DNA of 64,000 nt from Zetaproteobacteria bacterium (lineage in GTDB: Bacteria > Pseudomonadota > Zetaproteobacteria > Mariprofundales > Mariprofundaceae), in NCBI GenBank assembly GCA_002746295.2, contig NVWS02000073.1:12953-76952 (forward strand), written 5' to 3'. The notes below the pieces were generated by a model. The model was given only the letters and a program-made list of their open reading frames with translations. It did not search any database and had not been told where the DNA came from. This document shows, piece after piece, positions 28,714 to 39,065 of this stretch. The position numbers and the translations under genes are program-made. Within the stretch, counting starts at the first letter, position 1; each line of letters begins with the position of its first letter.

Positions 28714-29273
28714 GAAATATATCCTTCTTCAGTGATGATGGTGTGTAGTGGTATATCGTGAGGTTCAACAGGTATATGACGGCATGTTTGGCAGGAAAAT
28801 GCCAGACCAATGATGCAATCTATATCATCTTGATGCGTGGCAAGCCAACGATCAAAGCAGCCTTTTCCCATGCCAATGCGGTTGCCTGCGGTGTCAAATC
28901 CAACCAGCGGAGAAATGAGCAAAGCGGGTGCTTTGCTGGGTTTCCAAACGTGTCCATGCATGGGTTCGGATATGTGAAAGCTGCCTGTCTGCCATTGTGT
29001 TTTTGGGGTGATATGTTGCCAATGCATGTGTCCTGATTGATGGGTGACAGGTGCATAGTAGTGGTGGGGTGCTTGGTGAAAAATATCAGCAGTAGATACT
29101 TCGGAAGGCAAGGACTGATAGCATAAAATATCCAAGCTTTGATGTGTGAAAAATGTGCGTATAAAGTGTTCTAGGTGTTGTTGAATGCGCTGGGAAAAAA
29201 TAGTTTTCTGTGCTAGGTCTAAGCTTTGCCGACGTTCAATACATTGTTGGCGTAAGTGTGATTTTTTTGTCAT
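28695..29273 (-). CDS. ygfA: 5-formyltetrahydrofolate cyclo-ligase
   Basis: 192 aa. KSHLRQQCIERRQ..., VGFDTAGNRIGMGKGCFDR. It lies immediately downstream of 6S RNA, as in E. coli. Confidence 0.85.
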   Translation of the reverse strand: MTKKSHLRQQCIERRQSLDLAQKTIFSQRIQQHLEHFIRTFFTHQSLDILCYQSLPSEVSTADIFHQAPHHYYAPVTHQSGHMHWQHITPKTQWQTGSFHISEPMHGHVWKPSKAPALLISPLVGFDTAGNRIGMGKGCFDRWLATHQDDIDCIIGLAFSCQTCRHIPVEPHDIPLHTIITEEGYISCQNNT

Positions 29274-29283
29274 GCTTGTGGTG

Positions 29284-29464
29284 GAGCCTTTATAGAAGGG
29301 AAAGTACCCCCGCTCTGGCGTATTGGCGGTAAGTCGTCGAACCCTCGAACACGAGGGGGGCGCCGCACACTGATTTTAGGTATCCCGGACAAGCGGCATT
29401 CACACCATCAGTATAGACAAGCTCCCAATCGACATGCATCGGCTCAGGCAACATAAGGCCACTC
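29284..29464 (-). ncRNA. ssrS: 6S RNA
   Basis: Minus strand reads ...ggccuuauguugccugagccgaugcaug...ggauaccuaaaaucagugugcggcgccccccucguguucgaggguucgacg...uauaaaggcuc. The CCUGAGCCGAU, CCUAAAA and GUUCGAGGGUUC blocks and the pairing of the ends parallel E. coli 6S. zapA-ssrS-ygfA synteny is conserved. Confidence 0.8.
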
Positions 29465-29466
29465 GC

Positions 29467-29763
29467 TCAGCGCAGGGGTACTTTGGCTAAACTTTCTGCT
29501 TGTTGAACGACAGAGTCAAGCGAAGAAATAATGTGTTCTAAATTGGCATGTCCTGATTCATCTTTGCGCAGCAGTTGACCAGCTAAGTTTAGAGCAACAA
29601 GTGAAAGTAAACGGTCGCTGCTTGCTGTCATACCCGCAGCGCGTAATTCCTCAATTTGTTCTTGTACGGTTTGGGCAGCAAGCAGGACTTCCTCGGGATT
29701 ATCTTCAGTACGGATGGAAAATTTTTGTCCCAACAGAGTGATGTCAACTTTATGATGCGCCAT
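29467..29763 (-). CDS. zapA: cell division protein ZapA
   Basis: ORF 29467..29775. MAHHKVDITLLGQKFSIRTEDNPEEVLLAAQTVQEQIEELR is typical ZapA. Confidence 0.85.
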   Translation of the reverse strand: MAHHKVDITLLGQKFSIRTEDNPEEVLLAAQTVQEQIEELRAAGMTASSDRLLSLVALNLAGQLLRKDESGHANLEHIISSLDSVVQQAESLAKVPLR

Positions 29764-30040
29764 GGTTACTCTCATTATTGGTAGAATTTTCAGTGTCGTT
29801 CGTTTGTAAGGTTTCTAACTCTTGCTCCAAATTCTGAACGCGATCTCTGCGTTTGCGTAGTTCACTTTCTGCTAAGCGGACGACTTCACGCAGGCGCTTG
29901 TTTTCGGTGATGACCTTATCCAAGTGTTGTGCGATGGTGCTAAGGTGCGCTTGGAGGGTGGTGATTCGGGATTCGATCTGTTGTTGGTTCTCTTGCGTGT
30001 CCATACTTCCAATTGAAACATGGGCTTGCTGTGGGGTCAA
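29750..30040 (-). CDS. coiled-coil ZapB-like / TIGR02449-type protein
   Basis: 96 aa heptad-rich protein (ITENKRLREVVRLAESELRKRRDRVQNLEQELETLQ), directly upstream of zapA. Confidence 0.5.
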   Translation of the reverse strand: MTPQQAHVSIGSMDTQENQQQIESRITTLQAHLSTIAQHLDKVITENKRLREVVRLAESELRKRRDRVQNLEQELETLQTNDTENSTNNESNHGAS

Positions 30041-30051
30041 CTTCTTTACCC

Positions 30052-30807
30052 TTATCCGCTGAATGTTGCTTCAATATTGCTGAGCCAAGGCATGTATTCA
30101 ATGATAAATCCCGATAAAATACTGAAGCTTCCTAAGAAAATAAGTGCGCCTACGACCATCAACAATATACCCGATGTGATTTCAATGATGTGTAAGTGAC
30201 GTTTAAACCGTTGTGACCAATTTAAAAAAGCATCCGTGGCAAGGGCGGCGAGTAAAAAAGGAATACCGAGTCCTGCTGAATATAGGGCAAGTAAAATGAT
30301 GCCGTGTGAAATGTCTTGCTGCGCACCTGCAACTGCAAGAATAGCACCCAAAATAGGACCAATACAGGGTGTCCAGCCAAAGGCAAAAGCAGAACCCAAA
30401 AGCATCGCCCCCAAGCCACTGTGAGCATTGATACTGCCCGTATCAACTCTGGCTTCCATCATTAAAAATGGAATACGAATCAACCCAGTATAATGCAAAC
30501 CAAAAATAAAAATAATACCGCCAGCAACTTTGGCTAAGATATTCATGTGACTTAGCAGCCATTGTCCGAGGAAGGTGGCCGATGCGCCCAGAGCAATAAA
30601 AATAAGGCTAAAACCAAGAATAAACCAAAGTGATTGGATGATGGCAGTGCGGCGAACAGCAGATTTTTGGTTTTCTTGTTTGCGTAGTGCATCGACGGAT
30701 ACACCACTGATATAAGATAGATAGGCAGGGACAAGCGGTAAAACACACGGTGATAAAAAAGATAATAAACCAGCGATAAATGCGCCAAAGAATGAAACTT
30801 CAATCAT
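30052..30807 (-). CDS. ccdA: cytochrome c biogenesis thiol-disulfide transporter CcdA/DsbD-TM family
   Basis: 251 aa polytopic protein. FLSPCVLPLVPAYLSYISG and GWTPCIGPILGAIL are the Cys motifs. Confidence 0.88.
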   Translation of the reverse strand: MIEVSFFGAFIAGLLSFLSPCVLPLVPAYLSYISGVSVDALRKQENQKSAVRRTAIIQSLWFILGFSLIFIALGASATFLGQWLLSHMNILAKVAGGIIFIFGLHYTGLIRIPFLMMEARVDTGSINAHSGLGAMLLGSAFAFGWTPCIGPILGAILAVAGAQQDISHGIILLALYSAGLGIPFLLAALATDAFLNWSQRFKRHLHIIEITSGILLMVVGALIFLGSFSILSGFIIEYMPWLSNIEATFSG

Positions 30808-31108
30808 AAATATAAATCCTTAGTAGATGAGGTAGGGGTCTGTTTAAGTACGCCATTTTTCTAGCTTCTTGGTCTTAAAAAGGTGGCAAAGCTTACGCAC
30901 ATTATTGAGTTAGGGAAATGATGATGAGGACAAAGTGGGATACAGGGGGGTGCTTGGGAGTCTGTGATCTTAGGCAACGGTCGCGAGAAGGAGAGGGGTT
31001 GTGGCGGTTTTTAGCTTGAAATAAGGTGAGTAGCACGGCTGTTTAACGATATGATTCCATTTGGATTTTAGAGTTGGTTGTGCCAAGCTTTCGACGTGAG
31101 AGAGGAGT

Positions 31109-34100
31109 GTGGATATGCGGGTGTTTTTTATTTGTCTGTTGGGTTTGTTGATGTCGCCTTTTGTGGCGAAAGCTGCACCCATACATATTCAATTGCAGTT
31201 GAAGTGGAAGCATCAGTTTCAATTTGCAGGTTATTATATGGCACTGGAAAAGGGTTATTATCGAGATGTGGGTTTGGATGTTGAAATTTTAGAGGGTGAA
31301 CCCAGTGAGCATGCAACAAAGTTTTTGAAGCAAGGTAGGCACCGTTATGCTGTTGGGGAAATATCGGATATGCTGGCTTATGTTAAAGGTGAAAAAATAC
31401 GCGTTTTGATGGCGTTGTATCAGCATTCACCGAAAGTAGTTATTGTACGAGAAGACTCTGGTATTCGGCATTTTTCAGAGCTGGCGGGTCATCGTTTGAT
31501 GTTGAGTGAAGGTTTGAAGTATGGTGAAATTCGGGCTGCTTTGGAGGCATCGGGTGTTCATGCAGATGATGTGACAGTTGAACAGAATGATGCGTATGTG
31601 ATTGAGTCACTGCAACGGGGTACTGTGGATGGGATGAGTGCTTACCTGAGTAATGAACCTTATACATTGGATCAGATGGGAGTGCCATACCGTATCTTAC
31701 ATCCTAGAGACATTGGTATTGATTTTTATGATGATTTTTTATTAACATCGGAAGATGAGGTGATGCGATATCCGCAAGAAGTGCGTGCTTTTGTGAAAGC
31801 CACGAAGCAAGGCTGGCGAGATGCCCTATTACAGCCTGAAGAAGCCATCGCTTTGATTCAAAAAAAATACAACACACAGCATTTATCACATGATAAATTG
31901 CTTTATGAAGCAAATACATTGATGCCATTGTTGGCTTGGGATCGTGTGGATGTGGGCTATATCAGCGAGCATCGCTTGAGCTTGATGGTCAAAACATTTG
32001 TGCGTTTGGGCTGGTTGGACAAGCCGTTTGATGCGTCTGGTTTTTTATATGATGTGGATCACTTAAGTGATGAAGAGGTGTGGTTGGAGTCGCATGCTTG
32101 GCAGTTATTGGGTTCAATACTATTTTTTTTGTTGGTTCTGGCTATTTTGAGCTTGGGATATGCTCGTAAGGTTCTACGTCATAAAACGGCGGATTTGGTG
32201 GCGAGTGAAGCCATGTGGCGACACTTTGTAGACATCGCAGATATTGGTATTTTTATTCACAGTCAAGGTAAAATATTGTTTGCGAATACTTATATGTTGG
32301 AACGTATGGGTATGACAGCAGAAGGCGTTATTGGCGTTAAGATCGCCAAGCATATTCATCCAGATGATTTATTGTTAGTGGCGCAACGTGTGCAAGATAT
32401 TATGGAACATGACGTGGTGATTAGGGGAGAATCGGTACGTTACATTTCATCTTCGGGGGAAATGTTTGATGTTGAAATATCATCGCTTCGTATTCTATTC
32501 AATGGGGAACTATCTGTATTGGGTGTGGCACGTGATATCACAGCGAAAAAATGTGCTGAAGCTGCTTTGAAAGCGAGTGAGACACAGTATCGCCAGTTGG
32601 TGGAGCGATCACCCGATGCTGTGCTTGTGCATCAAGATGGTGTGTGGTGTTTTGCTAATTCTATAGGACTTGAGTTGATGGGCGCAGAAACAGCAAAGGA
32701 CTTGTTAGGACGTTCAGTGTTAAGATCTGTACACCCTGATGATCGCGACATAGTGACGGAACGCATGAAAAATAGGGCATCCAAAGAAGAAGCTTTACCA
32801 TTGATTGAAGAGCGTTTGCTGAGGTTGGATGGCAGCGAGTTTTGGGCTGAAGTTACAGGTATTCCTGTTGAACATGAAGGGCGTTCTGCAAGTTTGGTGA
32901 TCGCGCGGGATGTGACGCAAAGAAAAAATGCTGAAATGGCATTGCGTCAAGAAAAACGCAATATGCAGACGATTTTGAAGCATGCACCGATTGGTATTTG
33001 GATGAGTGATTTGAATGGCTCGATTCAATTGATCAACAAAGCCTTTACTGATGCGGTGGGTATTTCAGCGGAGACTTTTGTGGCAGCGGATGCTTATGTA
33101 GACTTATTACCCAAAGATATGGCGGTTTCCTGTAGAGCTTCGGATCAAGCTTGTATTCAAACCAAGCAAAAGGTTATGGCGCAAGAATATATTCCATGTG
33201 TGGATGGGAAACTGCGTATATTTGATGTGATTAAGGCGCCTGTATTGGATGATGAAGGTAGGATGCTGGGGGTTGTGGGTTTATCCATTGATGCCAGTGA
33301 AAGAATGGAAGCCGAGGCTGAAAAAGAACGTATGCAGCATCAAGTGGAACATACACAGCGACTTGAATCATTGGGTGTGCTTGCGGGTGGTGTGGCGCAT
33401 GATTTTAACAATATTTTGGCAACTATTTTGGGTAATGCCAGCTTAATACAGTGTAAATTACCAACTGATACCGATGTATCCTTGCATTTGCAGCGGATCG
33501 TCATGGCTTCGGAAAAAGCCAGTTTGTTATGTAGTCAAATGTTAGCATACGCAGGGCAGGGTCAAATAGCAGTGCGTTCTTTGAACATGACAGACTTGAG
33601 TCGAAGTATAGCCTCTTTGTTGGAAGTAAGTATTGGTGTGGGGGTGGAGTTATCCTATGATTTAGATGCGAATCTACCCATGATTGATGCAGATGAAGCA
33701 CAAATACAACAATTGGTGATGAATTTGGTCATCAATGCATCTGAAGCGATGGATGGTATGAATGGTGGTCATATTGCATTGAAAATAAGCATGAAGAAGA
33801 TCTTACCTGAAGATTTGCAGGCGGCTGTGGGTGAGCCTGATGTGCGTTTGGCAGATGATTATGTGTGTTTGCAAGTGTCAGATGATGGATGCGGGATGGA
33901 TGTCGGTGTGTTGGAGCGTATGTTTGAACCCTTTTTTACGACGAAATTTACGGGTCGAGGCTTAGGTATGAGTGCCTTGTTGGGCATAGTCCGTGCGCAC
34001 AAAGGATGTTTAAGTGTGCGTAGTAAGAAAGGTGAGGGGACGCGGTTTCGTGTGTTTTTACCCGTGGGTCAGATGCCTTCCATGCCTCAAAAGGATGTGG

Positions 34101-34504
34101 ATCCCGTACTGTTTGTAGGCTCGAATGCGATGGGAACGGTGTTGGTGGTTGACGATGATGAGATGATTCGAGAAACCGTGGTGATGATATTGGAAGGTTT
34201 TGGTTATGAGACCTTGGTTGCGGAAGATGGTGCTGCGGGTGTAGAAGTATATCGTCAGCACCAAGCTGATATTCAAGGGGTGCTGTTGGATATGACCATG
34301 CCAAAAATGAATGGTTTGCAATGTTTTCAGAAGCTAAAAGATATGAATCCTGATGTGAAAGTTTTTTTATCTTCGGGATATCAAGAGCAACAAACCTTGC
34401 AAGGATCGGCTGACATTGGTTTGGCGGGCTATATCCAAAAGCCCTACCAGCCGGAAGTTTTGGAAAAGATGTTGAGTGTTGCTTTATTGCCAAAATCATT
34501 GTGA
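31109..34504 (+). CDS. hybrid sensor histidine kinase with fused periplasmic NMT1/SsuA-like binding domain
   Basis: 1131 aa. Signal peptide, SBP-like domain ([22 protein letters not shown]), TM [17 protein letters not shown], about 3 PAS domains, [29 protein letters not shown], and REC [12 protein letters not shown]...[11 protein letters not shown]. Confidence 0.9.
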   Translation: [1131 protein letters not shown]

Positions 34505-34610
34505 ATAAAATTTCCTAAAATGTCGGTTTTTAGTCTTTCTCTTGCCTTACGCTCACTATTTTTTACACTTCGCGACCGTTTTTCACGATGGTTGCTGAAT
34601 GGAGGGTGAT

Positions 34611-35360
34611 ATGACGGGTTCAACACGTTGTTTGATTGCTGGAAATTGGAAAATGAATGGCACACTGCAAGAGTCCTTGGATTTCATACGTGACTTGGCG
34701 GTAAACCCTGCACCTGAGCATGTAGAAGTGGCACTGATGCCGCCTTTTACATTGTTGCACTCATTGGAAAAACCTTTTGAAGAGAAAGATGTGCGTTTGG
34801 GCGCTCAAAGTATGTATTGTGAAGCACGTGGTGCATACACAGGGTCTATTTCGCCCGTCATGTTGCGTGATGCGGGCTGTCATTATGTGATTTTAGGGCA
34901 TTCAGAACGCCGTGATATTCAACATGAAAGCAACACCTTGATTCGTAAAAAAATGGATGCGGCATGGGAACATGGTTTGGAACCAATCTTATGTATTGGT
35001 GAGCATTTGCAGGAGCGTGAAGGCGGTCAAACCCACTCTGTGTTAAAAGAGCAGTTGAGTGTGTTGGAAGGTTTGACGGGCGCACCAGCACTGACAGTTG
35101 CATATGAGCCTGTTTGGGCAATTGGCACAGGCAAAACAGCCAGTGTGGATCAAGTGAAGGAAACGCATGCATTTGTGCATGCTGAATTGCAGCGTTTAGG
35201 GCATGATTGTCGCGTTTTGTATGGTGGCAGTGTGAATCCAGGAAACGCGGAAGAGCTGTTGGCGTGTGAGGGTGTGGATGGTGCCTTGGTGGGCGGAGCG
35301 AGTTTGAAAGCGGATTCGTTTATGCAAATTATTGAAGCAGCGAATAGCGCTGAAGATTGA
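34611..35360 (+). CDS. tpiA: triosephosphate isomerase
   Basis: LIAGNWKMNG, ILGHSERR, AYEPVWAIGTG, YGGSV. ATG 34611 lies 5 nt after GGAGG. Confidence 0.95.
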   Translation: MTGSTRCLIAGNWKMNGTLQESLDFIRDLAVNPAPEHVEVALMPPFTLLHSLEKPFEEKDVRLGAQSMYCEARGAYTGSISPVMLRDAGCHYVILGHSERRDIQHESNTLIRKKMDAAWEHGLEPILCIGEHLQEREGGQTHSVLKEQLSVLEGLTGAPALTVAYEPVWAIGTGKTASVDQVKETHAFVHAELQRLGHDCRVLYGGSVNPGNAEELLACEGVDGALVGGASLKADSFMQIIEAANSAED

Positions 35361-35371
35361 GGAGATAAGAC

Positions 35372-35749
35372 ATGGAAACAGTGTTGATGGCAGTGCACCT
35401 TTTGGTGGCTGTATTGTTGATTGGCGTGGTGCTGATTCAACGTGGACAAGGTGCCGATATGGGATCGTCTTTTGGCGGTGGTGGCGCACAAACCTTGTTT
35501 GGTAGTCGAGGTTCGGGGTCTTTTTTGGGTAAAGCAACGGGCGGTTTGGCTGCTGTATTTATGATGACAAGTTTGTCGTTGGCATTTTTTACCCAGCAGC
35601 AAGCAGGTTCGGTGGTTGAACAAGTATCATCGGTTGTGAATCAGGTGTCTGCCGATGCTCAAAAAGATGCACCTGTAGGTTTTGATCCTGCTGCGTTGAA
35701 GGGTGTTACAAATAAGCCTGTTGAAGATGCTTTGCCAGCAGCAGAGTAG
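35372..35749 (+). CDS. secG: preprotein translocase subunit SecG
   Basis: 125 aa. LIQRGQGADMGSSFGGGGAQTLFGSRGS is the SecG signature. Confidence 0.92.
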   Translation: METVLMAVHLLVAVLLIGVVLIQRGQGADMGSSFGGGGAQTLFGSRGSGSFLGKATGGLAAVFMMTSLSLAFFTQQQAGSVVEQVSSVVNQVSADAQKDAPVGFDPAALKGVTNKPVEDALPAAE

Positions 35750-35758
35750 AGTTTACTT

Positions 35759-35843
35759 GCCAGAGTGGTGAAATTGGTAGACACGCTACCTTGAGGGGGT
35801 AGTGGAGCAATCCGTGCTGGTTCGAGTCCAGTCTCTGGTACCA
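35759..35843 (+). tRNA. tRNA-Leu (anticodon GAG)
   Basis: gccagag/ctctggt acceptor stem with 3' acca. Anticodon arm ctacc-ttGAGgg-ggtag, a long variable arm, and T-loop ggttcgagtcc. secG-tRNA-Leu linkage as in E. coli. Confidence 0.92.
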
Positions 35844-35869
35844 TTTAGTTTGAAATGATGTTGAAAAAA

Positions 35870-35902
35870 CCCGCAGGCTTTAGAGCCTTGCGGGTTTTTT
35901 TT
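35870..35902 (+). terminator. Rho-independent terminator after tRNA-Leu
   Basis: cccgcaggct-tta-gagccttgcggg hairpin followed by an 8-T run. Confidence 0.8.
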
Positions 35903-35944
35903 ATGTATAGAGAGGGTGTGGTGAGTGTCGCGGTTTTTAAACTG

Positions 35945-35973
35945 TTGACAGTTGCCTAGCTCATCCCTATGTT
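35945..35973 (+). promoter_or_regulatory. candidate sigma-70 promoter of the str operon
   Basis: TTGACA (35945-35950), 17-nt spacer, TATGTT (35968-35973), about 80 nt upstream of rpsL. Sequence-only prediction. Confidence 0.4.
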
Positions 35974-36051
35974 TCGCCACCCTTTATGGGCACATGCCTT
36001 GCGTATTGTGTCATATATAGTAAAGGTTTTTCAAAGTTTTAAGAGGTAACA

Positions 36052-36423
36052 ATGCCAACAATTAATCAGTTGATTCGCAAGCCGCGTAAAGACAAACGTA
36101 AAATCAACAAGGTTCCAGCCTTGGATGCTTGTCCTCAGCGTCGCGGTGTGTGTACACGTGTTTATACAACAACACCTAAGAAACCAAACTCCGCTTTGCG
36201 TAAGGTTGCGCGTGTGCGCTTGACCAATGGTCAAGAAGTCACTGCATATATTCCCGGTGAAGGGCATAAACTGCAAGAGCATAGTGTTGTGTTGATTCGC
36301 GGTGGACGTGTGAAGGATTTGCCAGGTGTTCGTTATCATGTATTGCGCGGTGTTTTGGATACTACGGGTGTTGAGGGTCGTAAGCAGGCTCGCTCGAAGT
36401 ATGGCGCTAAGAAGCCGAAGTAA
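36052..36423 (+). CDS. rpsL: 30S ribosomal protein S12
   Basis: 123 aa. [12 protein letters not shown]...[16 protein letters not shown]. Confidence 0.98.
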   Translation: MPTINQLIRKPRKDKRKINKVPALDACPQRRGVCTRVYTTTPKKPNSALRKVARVRLTNGQEVTAYIPGEGHKLQEHSVVLIRGGRVKDLPGVRYHVLRGVLDTTGVEGRKQARSKYGAKKPK

Positions 36424-36438
36424 GAGAGGAATTGAGTT

Positions 36439-36909
36439 ATGCCACGTAAGGGTCCCGCAACACGCCGTCCGATAACGCCGGATGCAAAGTATGGTGATAC
36501 TAAGGTATCTACTGTTGTAAATAGAATTATGTTGGATGGCAAGAAAGCCAAGGCTGAAGATATTGTATATAAAGCCATGGATATTGCCGCTGAGAAAACA
36601 GGTGAGCAGCCATTGGCCGTCATTCATCGTGTTTTAGAAGCAATTCGTCCCGCAGTTGAAGTGAAATCACGCCGTGTTGGCGGTGCTACGTATCAAGTGC
36701 CGATTGAAGTAAGCGATCGTCGCCAAGCTTCGTTGGCTGTTCGTTGGTTGGTGGAGCATGCACGCAATCGCTCCGAACATACCATGTCAGACCGCCTGGG
36801 CAATGAGATGATTGATGCTATGAATGACCGTGGTGGCGCATTTAAAAAACGTGAAGATACGCATCGCATGGCTGAAGCAAACAAAGCTTTTTCACATTTT
36901 CGCTGGTAA
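36439..36909 (+). CDS. rpsG: 30S ribosomal protein S7
   Basis: 156 aa. [10 protein letters not shown]...[16 protein letters not shown]...AFSHFRW. Confidence 0.98.
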   Translation: MPRKGPATRRPITPDAKYGDTKVSTVVNRIMLDGKKAKAEDIVYKAMDIAAEKTGEQPLAVIHRVLEAIRPAVEVKSRRVGGATYQVPIEVSDRRQASLAVRWLVEHARNRSEHTMSDRLGNEMIDAMNDRGGAFKKREDTHRMAEANKAFSHFRW

Positions 36910-36976
36910 TTTTTTTAAAGTTTGTTGTTTTAAAAATTCGTTCTAAATAGACTGGGTAGAATAGGAGTGATTGATC

Positions 36977-39055
36977 GTGGCTAGAAAGACACCACTTGAG
37001 CGCGTGCGTAATATTGGCATTATGGCTCACATTGATGCAGGTAAAACAACCACCACAGAGCGTATCCTGTTCTATACTGGTGTATCCCATAAAATTGGGG
37101 AAGTTCATGATGGCGCGGCCACCATGGATTGGATGGAGCAAGAGCAAGAGCGCGGTATTACCATTACCTCTGCGGCAACAACATGCTCTTGGAAAGATCA
37201 TACAATTAACATTATTGACACGCCTGGGCATGTGGACTTCACCATTGAAGTTGAACGTTCTTTGCGTGTTCTTGATTCTGCTGTGGGTGTTTTTTGCGCA
37301 GTGGGTGGCGTTCAGCCGCAATCCGAAACGGTTTGGCGTCAAGCTGATAAGTATAAGGTTCCCCGCGTTGCCTTTGTCAACAAGATGGATCGTACTGGTG
37401 CAGACTTTTTCAATGTAGTTGAAGAAATTCGCGCTCGTTTGGGTCACAATGCGGTTGCTTTGAATGTTCCTATTGGTAATGAAGAAAACTTCAAAGGCGT
37501 GGTGGATTTAGTATCCATGAAAGCGATTGTCTGGAAAGATGAAGCTATGGGTTCTGATTATTCTGTTGAAGAAATTCCTGCTGATTTGCAAGAATTGGCA
37601 GAAGAAAAACGCGAAATGCTGATGGACGCTGTGCTTGAAATTGATGAAGATTTAATGATGACTTACCTTGAAGGTGAGGAAATTACTGAAGCTCAGTTGA
37701 AGGAATGTATTCGTAAATCTGTATTGGCTATTAAAGTGATTCCTGTTCTTTGTGGTACTGCCTTTAAAAATAAGGGTGTGCAAACATTATTGGATACGGT
37801 TGTTGATTATATGCCCGCACCGACAGATGTTCCTGCGATTAAGGGCGTGAACCCTGATACTGATGCTGAAGATTCTCGCCCAAGTTCAGATGATGAACCA
37901 TTTGCAGCTTTGGCATTTAAAGTCATGAATGACCCGTTTGTGGGTAATTTGACCTTCTTCCGTGTGTATTCTGGCGTGTTAGAGTCGGGTTCTTACGTGA
38001 TGAATACCAATAAGGGTCGTAAAGAGCGTATTGGTCGTATTTTACTCATGCATGCCAATGAGCGTACAGATATTAAAGAAGTGCGCGCGGGTGATATTGC
38101 GGCGGCTGTGGGTCTTAAGTCTACAACAACGGGTGATACCTTATGTGTTGCTTCTGATCCTATTGTTTTGGAACGCATGGAATTTCCTGAGCCTGTTATC
38201 TCTGTGGCGATTGAGCCAAAGACAAAAGCTGACCAAGAAAAAATGGGTATTGCTTTGGGTCGTTTGGCAGCAGAAGATCCTTCTTTCCGTGTGAAAACAG
38301 ATGAGGAAACAGGTCAAACCATTATTTCAGGCATGGGTGAATTGCATTTAGAGATTCTAGTGGATCGCATGTCTCGCGAATTTAACGTAGGCGCAAATAT
38401 TGGTAAGCCGCAAGTGGCATACCGTGAAACCATTCGCGGTAAAATTAAAGCGGAAGGTAAATTTGTGCGTCAGTCGGGTGGTCGCGGTCAATATGGTCAT
38501 TGCTGGCTTGAAATTGAACCGTTGGAAGCTGGCGGTGGTTTTGAATTCATTGATAAGATTTCTGGTGGCTCTATTCCCCGTGAATATATTCCAGCCGTTG
38601 GTAAAGGCGCTGAAGAAGCCATGGCGAATGGTGTGGTTGCAGGCTTCCCAATGGTGGACGTTCGCGTCACTGTGGTGGATGGCTCTTACCATGATGTGGA
38701 TTCCAATGAAATGGCATTTAAAGTCGCGGGTTCTATGGGCTTTCGATCGGGTTGTAAGCAAGCCAAGCCAGTGCTTCTTGAGCCAATGATGGATGTAGAA
38801 GTGACCACTCCTGAAGATTATATGGGTGATGTGGTCGGTGATTTGAATCGTCGTCGTGGTAAAATTATGGGTATGGGCGACCGTGGTATGGTCAAAGAGA
38901 TTAAGGCTGAAGTACCATTGTCTGAAATGTTTGGTTATTCAACGGCTTTGCGTTCGATGTCCCAAGGTCGTGCAACCTACTCTATGCAATTTAAACATTA
39001 TGAAGAAGTGCCTAAGAACATTGCCCTTGAAATCGTGGCGAGTGTGAAGGGTTAA
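36977..39055 (+). CDS. fusA: elongation factor G
   Basis: [39 protein letters not shown] 36977 lies 9 nt after AGGAG; the ORF-track TTG 36971 is too close to the SD. Confidence 0.97.
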   Translation: MARKTPLERVRNIGIMAHIDAGKTTTTERILFYTGVSHKIGEVHDGAATMDWMEQEQERGITITSAATTCSWKDHTINIIDTPGHVDFTIEVERSLRVLDSAVGVFCAVGGVQPQSETVWRQADKYKVPRVAFVNKMDRTGADFFNVVEEIRARLGHNAVALNVPIGNEENFKGVVDLVSMKAIVWKDEAMGSDYSVEEIPADLQELAEEKREMLMDAVLEIDEDLMMTYLEGEEITEAQLKECIRKSVLAIKVIPVLCGTAFKNKGVQTLLDTVVDYMPAPTDVPAIKGVNPDTDAEDSRPSSDDEPFAALAFKVMNDPFVGNLTFFRVYSGVLESGSYVMNTNKGRKERIGRILLMHANERTDIKEVRAGDIAAAVGLKSTTTGDTLCVASDPIVLERMEFPEPVISVAIEPKTKADQEKMGIALGRLAAEDPSFRVKTDEETGQTIISGMGELHLEILVDRMSREFNVGANIGKPQVAYRETIRGKIKAEGKFVRQSGGRGQYGHCWLEIEPLEAGGGFEFIDKISGGSIPREYIPAVGKGAEEAMANGVVAGFPMVDVRVTVVDGSYHDVDSNEMAFKVAGSMGFRSGCKQAKPVLLEPMMDVEVTTPEDYMGDVVGDLNRRRGKIMGMGDRGMVKEIKAEVPLSEMFGYSTALRSMSQGRATYSMQFKHYEEVPKNIALEIVASVKG

Positions 39056-39065
39056 GGAGTAAGAA

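Noticed and set aside
29342-29358. ccctcgaacacgagggg hairpin resembling the right arm of the palindromic repeat
   Set aside because: It lies inside the 6S RNA and corresponds to the conserved 6S 3' hairpin. The left arm and the cgtca/tgacg termini of the repeat family are absent.
30808-31108. 300-nt ccdA/kinase divergent intergenic region with small ORFs (30970..31182 minus, 31078..31284 plus)
   Set aside because: The ORFs have no ribosome-binding sites and no recognisable protein or RNA motif. The region is most simply two divergent promoters.
33948-34499. 183-aa minus-strand ORF
   Set aside because: It is antisense to the REC/HATPase region of the 1131-aa kinase. Its Pro/His/Ser-rich composition is typical of antisense translation.
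36031-36627. 198-aa ORF on the minus strand
   Set aside because: It is antisense to rpsL/rpsG, which are unambiguous. The sequence is low-complexity, has no start context and no family resemblance. It looks like a shadow ORF.
36842-37447. 201-aa minus-strand ORF
   Set aside because: It is antisense to the 5' part of fusA and looks like a shadow ORF of a highly conserved gene.
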